The position numbers and the translations under genes were made by a program. The notes beneath the pieces were generated by a model that was not told where the DNA came from, searched no databases, and saw nothing but the letters and a program-made list of their open reading frames with translations. DNA of 64,000 nucleotides from the human T2T-CHM13v2.0 reference genome, Homo sapiens. Positions 56,951-64,000 of this stretch are shown here, one piece after another; position 1 is the first letter of the stretch, and every line of letters begins with the position of its first letter. The DNA lies in the NCBI RefSeq assembly GCF_009914755.1, contig NC_060933.1, one strand, 5' to 3'.

Positions 56951-59900
56951 TTCCATTCCATTCAATTCCGTTCCATTCCATTACATTCGGATTGATTCTA
57001 TTCAACTCCCTTACTCTCCATTACATTCCATTCCATTCGGGTTGTTCCATTCCATTCCATTCCATTCCACTCCATTCCATTGCACTCGGGTTTATTCCAT
57101 TCCATTCCATTCCATTCCATTCCATTCCGGATGATTCCATTCCACTGCATTCCGTTCCATTACATTCCCTTGCACTCGGGTTGATTCCATTCCATTCCAT
57201 TCCATTCCATTCCATTCGATTCCATTCCATTCCAATTCTTTCCATTCCATTCTATTCCGTACCATGCCATTCCATTCCATACAATTCCATTCCATTCCAT
57301 TCCAATCCGTTCCGTTCCGTTCCGTTCCATTCCATTCCATTCCATTCTATTCGGGTTAATTCCATTCCATTCCATTCGATTGCAATCGAGTTGATTCCAT
57401 TCCATTCCATTCCATTCCATTCCATTCCATTCCATTCCTTTCCATTCCATTACGGATGATTCCATTCCATTGCATTCCATTGCATTCCATTCCCCTGTAC
57501 TCGGGTTGATTCCATTCCATTCCATTCCAATCCATGCCATTCCACTCGTGTTGATTCCATTCTTTCCATTCCATTCAATTGAAACCATTCCATTCCCTTC
57601 CATTCCATTCCATTCCCCTGCAGTCGGGTTGATTCCATTCCATTCCATTCCATTCCATTCCATTCCATTCCATTCCGTTCCATTCCATTCCATTCCATTC
57701 CATTCTATTCGGGTTAATTCCATTCCATTCCATTCCATTCCATTCCAATAGAGTTGATTCCATTCCATTCCATTCCACTCCATTCCAGTCCTTTCCATTC
57801 CATTCCACTCGGGTTGATTCCAATGTATTCATTTCCATTCCATTCCATTCCATTGCAATCGAGTTGATTCCATTGCTTTGCATTCCATTCCATTCCATTC
57901 CATTCCGGATGATTCCATTCCATTGCATTCCATTCCATTCCATTCCCCTGCACTCGGGTTGATTCCATTCCATTCTACTACATTCCGTTCCATTCCATTC
58001 CATTCCATTGTATTCGGGTTAATTCCATTCCATTCCATTCCATTGCATTCCATTCCATTCCATTACAATCGAGTTGATTCCATTCCATTCCATTCCATTC
58101 CAGTCCTTTCCATTCCATTCCACTCGGGTTGATTCCATTCTATTAGTTTCCATTCCATTCCATTCCCTTCCATTCCACTCTGGTTGATACCATTCCTTCC
58201 CATTCCACTCGAATACATTCCCTCCTATTCCACTCGGAACGATTCCATTCCATTCCATTCCATTCCATTCCATACCATTTCATTTCGTTCCATTCCATTC
58301 TATTCCGTATCTTTCCATTCCATTCCATTCCATTTCATTCCATTCCATTCCATTCCATTCCATTGTACTCGGGTTGATTCCATTCCATTGCATTCCATTC
58401 CATTCCATTCCATTCCGTTGCATTCCATTCCATTACATTCGGATTGATTCTATTGAACTCCCTTACTCTCCATTACATTCCATTCCATTCGGGTTGTTCC
58501 ATTCCATTCCATTCCATTCCACTCCATTCCATTGCACTCGGGTTGATTCCATTCCATTCCATTCCATTCCATTCCATTCCATTCCATTCCGGATGATTCC
58601 ATTCCATTGCATTCCGTTCCATTACATTCCCCTGCACTCGCGTTGATTCCATTCCATTCCATTCCATTCCATTCAATTCCATTCCATTACAATTCGTTCC
58701 ATTCCATTCTATTCCGTACCATTCCATTCCATTCCATACCATTCGATTCCATTCCATTCCATTCCATTCCGTTCCATTCCGTTCCATTCCATTCCATTCC
58801 ATTCTATTCGGATTAATTCCATTCCATTCCATTCCATTCCATTCTATTCCATTCCATTGCAATCGAGTTGAATCCATTGCATTTCATTCCATTACATTCC
58901 ATTCCATTCCATTCCGGAAGATTCCATTCCATTGCATTCCATTCCATTCCATTCAATTCCATTCCTTTCCATTCCATTCCATTACATTCGGATTGATTCT
59001 ATTCAACTCCCTTACTCTCCATTACATTCCATTCCATTCGGGTTGTTCCATTCCATTCCATTCCATTCCACTCCATTCCGTTGCACTCGGGTTGATTCCA
59101 TTCCATTCCATTCCATTCCATTCCGGAAGATTCCATTCCATTGCATTCCATTCCATTCCATTCCCCTGCACTCGCGTTGATTCCATTCCATTCCATTCTA
59201 TTCCATTCCATTCCCTTCATTTCCGTTCCATTCCATTCCATTCCATTCCATTGCATTCCATTCCGTTCCGTTCCATTCCATTCCATTCCATTCTATTCGG
59301 GTTAATTCCATTCCATTCCATTCGATTGCAATCGAGTTGATTCCATTCCATTCCATTCCATTCCAATCCATTCCATTCCTTTCCATTCCATTACGGATGA
59401 TTCCATTCCATTGCATTCCATTCCATTCCATTCCCCTATACTCGGGTTGATTCCATTCCATTCCATTCCAATCCATGCCATTCCACTCCTGTTGATTCCA
59501 TTCTTTCCATTCCATTCAAGTTGAATCCATTCCATTGCATTCCATTCCATTCGATTCCATTCGATTGCACTCGGGTTGATTCCATTCCATTGCATTCCAT
59601 TCCATTCCATTAGATTCCATTCCATTCCGTTCCATTCCATTTCATTACATTCCGATTGTTTCTATTCAATTCCCTTACACTCCATTATATTCCAATCCAT
59701 TCTGGTTGTCTCCATTCCATTCCATTCCATTTCACTCCATTCCATTGCACTCGGGTTGATTCCATTCCATTCCATTCCATTGCTTTCCATTCCATTCCAT
59801 TCCGGATGATTCCATTCCATTGCATTCCATTCCATTCCATTCCCCTGCACTCGGGTTGATTCCATTCCATTCCATTACATTACATTCCTTTCCATTCCAT

Positions 59901-60274
59901 TCCATTCCATTCGGATTGATTCTATTCAATTCCCTTACACTCCATTCCATTCCATTCCATTCGGGTAGTTTCCATTCAATTCAATTCCATTCCTCTCCAT
60001 TCCATTGCACTCGGGTTGATTCCATTCCATTGCATTCCATTCCATTCCGTTTCATTACATTCCATTCAATTCCGTTCCATTGTACTCGGGTTGATTCCAT
60101 TCCATTGCATTCCATTCCATTCCATTCCATTCCATTCCATTCCATTCCGTTCCATTCCATTACATTCGGATTGATTCTATTGAACTCCCTTACTCTCCAT
60201 TACATTCCATTCCATTCGGGTTGTTCCATTCCATTCCATTCCATTCCACTCCATTCCATTGCGCTCGGGTTGAT

Positions 60275-61015
60275 TCCATTCCATTCCATTCCATTCCATT
60301 CCATTCCATTCCATTCCGGATGATTCCATTCCATTGCATTTCGTTCCATTACATTCCCCTGCACTCGGGTTGATTCCATTCCATTCCATTCCATTCCATT
60401 CGATACCATTCCATTCCAATTCTTTCCATTCCATTCTATTCCGTACCATTCCATTCCATTCCATACAATGCCATTCCATTCCATTCCACTCCGTTCCGTT
60501 CCGTTCCGTTCTGTTCCGTTCCATTCCATTCCATTCCATTCTATTCGGTTTAATTCCATTCCATTCCATTCCATTCCATTCCATTGTATTCCATTCCATT
60601 GCAATCGAGTTGAATCCATTGCATTCCATTCCATTCCATTCCATTCCATTCCATTCCATTCCATTCCGGATGATTCCATTCCATTGCATTTCGTTCCATT
60701 ACATTCCCCTGCACTCGGGTTGATTCCATTCCATTCCATTCCATTCCATTCGATACCATTCCATTCCAATTCTTTCCATTCCATTCTATTCCGTACCATT
60801 CCATTCCATTCCATACAATGCCATTCCATTCCATTCCACTCCGTTCCGTTCCGTTCCGTTCTGTTCCGTTCCATTCCATTCCATTCCATTCTATTCGGTT
60901 TAATTCCATTCCATTCCATTCCATTCCATTCCATTGTATTCCATTCCATTGCAATCGAGTTGAATCCATTGCATTCCATTCCATTCCATTCCATTCCATT
61001 CCATTCCATTCCATT
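60275..61015 (+). repeat. 350-bp apparently perfect tandem duplication
   Basis: GCATTTCGTTCC (60336/60686), CGATACCATT (60401/60751), CATACAATGCC (60462/60812); ORF starts 60468/60818. Confidence 0.93.
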
Positions 61016-64000
61016 CCATTCCGGAAGATTCCATTCCATTGCATTCCATTCCATTCCATTCCATTCCATTCCATTCCATTCCATTCCCTTCCATTCCATT
61101 GTACTCAGGTGGATTCCATTCCATTGCATTCCATTCCATTCCATTCCATTCCATTCCATTCCATTCCATTCCGTTCCATTCCATTCCATTCCATTCGGAT
61201 TGATTCTTTTCAACTCCCTTACTCTCCATTACATTCCATTCCATTCGGGTTCTTCCATTCCATTCCATTCCATTCCACTCCATTCCATTGCACTCGGGTT
61301 GATTCCATTCCATTCCATTCCACTCCATTCCATTCCGGATGATTCAATTCCATTGCATTCCGTTCCATTACATTCCCCTGCACTCGGGTTGATTCCATTC
61401 CATTCCTTTCCATTCCATTCGATTCCATTCCATTCCCCTGCAGTCGGGTTGATTCCATTCCATTCCATTCCATTCCATTCCATTCCATTCCATTCCATTC
61501 CTTTCCGTTCCATTCCATTCCATTCCATTCCGTTCCGTTCCGTTCCATTCCATTCCATTCCATTCCATTCCATTCGGGTTAATTCCATTCCATTCCATTC
61601 GATTGCAATCGAGTTGATTCCATTCCCTTCCATTCCATTCCATTCCAGTCCTTTCCATTCCTTTCCATTCCATTACTGATGATTCCATTCCATTGCATTC
61701 CATTCCATTCCATTCCCCTGTACTCGGGTTGATCCCATTCCATTCCATTCCAATCCATGCTATTCCACTCGTGTTGATTCCATTCTTTCCTTTCCATTCA
61801 AGTTGAATCCATTCCATTGCATTCCACTGCATTCGATTCCATTCGATTGCACTCGGGTTGATTCCATTCCATTGCATTCCATTCCATTGCATTCCATTCC
61901 ATTCCATTCCGTTCCATTCCATTTCATGACATTCAGATTGATTCTTTTCAGTTCCCTTACACTCCATTATATTCCAATCCATTCTGGTTGTTTCCATTCC
62001 ATTCCATTCCATTTCACTCCATTCCATTGCACTCGGGTTGATTCCATTCCATTCCATTCCATTGCATTCCATTCCATTCCATTCCGGATGATTCCATTCC
62101 ATTGCATTCCATTCCATTCCATTCCCCTGCACTCGGGTTCATTCCATTCCATTCCATTCCATTACATTCCGTACCATTCCATTCCATTCCATTCGGATTG
62201 ATTCTATTCAATTCCCTTACACTCCATTACATTCCATTCAATTCGGGTAGTTTCCATTCCATTCCATTCCATTCCTCTCCATTCCTTTGCACTCGGGTTG
62301 ATTCCATTCCATTCCATTCCATTCCATTCCATTACATTACATTCCATTCCATTCCGTTCCATTGTACTCAAGTTGATTCCTTTCCATTGCATTCCATTCC
62401 ATTCCATTCCATTCCATTCCATTCCATTCCGTTCCATTCCTTTACATTCGGATTGATTCTATTCAACTCCCTTACTCTCCATTACATTCCATTCCATTCG
62501 GGTTGTTCCATTCCTTTCCATTGCATTCCATTCCACTCCATTCCATTGCACTCGGGTTGATTCCATTCCATTCCATTCCATTCCATTCCATTCCATTCCA
62601 TTCCGGATGATTCCATTCCATTGAATTCCGTTCCATTACATTCCCCTGCACTCGGGTTGATTCCATTCCATTCCATTCCATTCCATTCCATTCCATTCCA
62701 ATTCTTTCCATTCCATTCTATTCCGTACCATGCCATTCCATTCCATACAATTCCATTCCATTCCATTCCACTCCGTTCCGTTCCGTTCCGTTCCGTTCCG
62801 TTCCATTCCATTCCATTCCATTCTATTCGGGTTAATTCCATTCCATTCCATTCGATTGCAATCGAGTAGATTCCATTCCACTCCATTCCATTCCATTCCA
62901 TTCCATTCCATTCCTTTCCATTGCACTACGGATGATTCCATTCCATTGCATTCCATTCCATTCCATTCCCCTGTACTCGGGTTGATTCCATTCCATTCCA
63001 TTCCAATCCATGCCATTCCACTCGTGTTGATTCCATTCTTTCCATTCCATTCAAGTTGAATCCATTCCATTGCCTTCCATTCCATTCCATTCCCCTGCAG
63101 TCGGGTTGATTCCATTCCATTCCATTCCATTCCTTTCCATTCCATTCCGTTCCGTTCCATTCCATTCCATTGTATTCGGGTTAATTCCATTCCATTCCAT
63201 TCCATTCCATTCCATTCCATTCCATTCCAATCGAGTTGATTCCATTCCATTCCATTCCATTCCATTTCACTCCATTCCAGTCCTTTCCATTCCATTCCAC
63301 TCGGGTTGATTCCAATGTATTCCTTTCCATTCCATTCCATTCCATTGCAATCGAGTTGATTCCATTGCTTTGCATTCCATTCCATTCCATTCCATTCCTG
63401 ATGATTCCATTCCATTGCATTCCATTCCATTCCATTCCCCTGCACTCGGGTTGATTCCATTCCATTCCACTCCATTCCGTTCCATTCCATTCCATTCCAT
63501 TGTATTCGGGTTAATTCCATTCCATTCCATTCCATTCCATTCCATTCCATTCCATTACAATCGAGTTGATTCCATTCCATTCCATTCCATTCCAGTCCTT
63601 TCCATTCCATACCACTCGGGTTGATTCCATTCTATTAGTTTCCATTCCATTCCATTCCCTTCCATTCCACTCTGGTTGATTCCATTCCTTTCCATTCCAC
63701 TCGAAAACATTTCCTCCTATTCCACTCGGAACTATTCCATTCCATTCCATTCCATTCCATTCCATTCCATTCCATTCCATTTCGTTCCATTCCATTCTAT
63801 TCCGTATCATTCCATTCCATTCCATTCCATTCCATTCCATTCCATTAAATTCCATTCCATTCCATTCCATTAAATTCCATTACATTCCATTCCATTCCAT
63901 TGTACTCGGGTTGATTCCATTCCATTGCATTCCATTCCATTCAATTCCATTCCATTCCGTTGCATTCCATTCCATTACATTCGGATTGATTCTATTCAAC

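Larger units (their letters stand above)
1..64000 (+). repeat. Satellite III (HSat3) array, (CATTC)n / (GGAAT)n, pericentromeric or acrocentric-type heterochromatin
   Basis: Continuous ATTCC pentamers from first to last base, interspersed with ACTCGGGTTG/ATTCGGGTT and derivatives (AATCGAGTTG, ACTCGCGTTG, ACTCGTGTTG). This is the established signature of satellite 3 rather than HSat2, HSat1 or alpha satellite. No strand switch seen. Confidence 0.98.

Noticed and set aside
46-63873. Hundreds of ORFs up to 403 aa (e.g. 60468-61679, 40542-41669, 16828-17814) encoding MEWNG/IPFHS repeats
   Set aside because: Three pentamers (15 bp) translate to the same stop-free 5-aa cycle in every frame, so overlapping ORFs on all six frames are expected. 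There is no frame preference, domain content or gene structure.
299-63920. Recurrent ACTCGGGTTGATTCC separated by variable stretches, superficially CRISPR-like
   Set aside because: The 'spacers' are just CATTC runs of irregular length, there are no cas genes, and the decamer is the known satellite-3 interspersed motif.
1-64000. Assignment to a specific chromosome or subfamily (e.g. 9q12 or an acrocentric short arm)
   Set aside because: Plausible but not determinable by eye; it needs k-mer classification or alignment to a T2T assembly.
1-64000. Hidden non-satellite insertion (Alu, L1, viral or unique sequence) or an inversion breakpoint
   Set aside because: No poly-A tail, target-site duplication, departure from the pentamer framework beyond ~20 bp, or GGAAT run on the + strand was seen.

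Overview
The whole 64-kb window is one uninterrupted, single-orientation array of human/great-ape Satellite III (HSat3). It is a (CATTC)n pentamer on the + strand ((GGAAT)n on the - strand), punctuated by the classic satellite-3 decamer A(C/T)TCGGGTTG and its variants. I see no credible gene, RNA gene, transposon or unique sequence; every listed ORF is the repeat read as MEWNG/IPFHS. The information lies in the variant words. They define a recurring ~2.5-kb higher-order module order and nested tandem duplications of different ages: 6355 bp x2, ~3705 bp x2, ~2.45/2.62 kb x4 in an A-B-B-A pattern, and 730, 350, 180, 140 and 60-100 bp units. Older dispersed paralogies and a diverged 'second dialect' block are also present. 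The most functionally suggestive observation is that one recurrent variant, ATTCCGGAAGATTCC, is a perfect three-unit heat shock element (nTTCn-nGAAn-nTTCn) present about 39 times. Chromosome and subfamily cannot be assigned from the sequence alone. Counts and breakpoints were read by eye and are approximate where they fall in pure CATTC runs.
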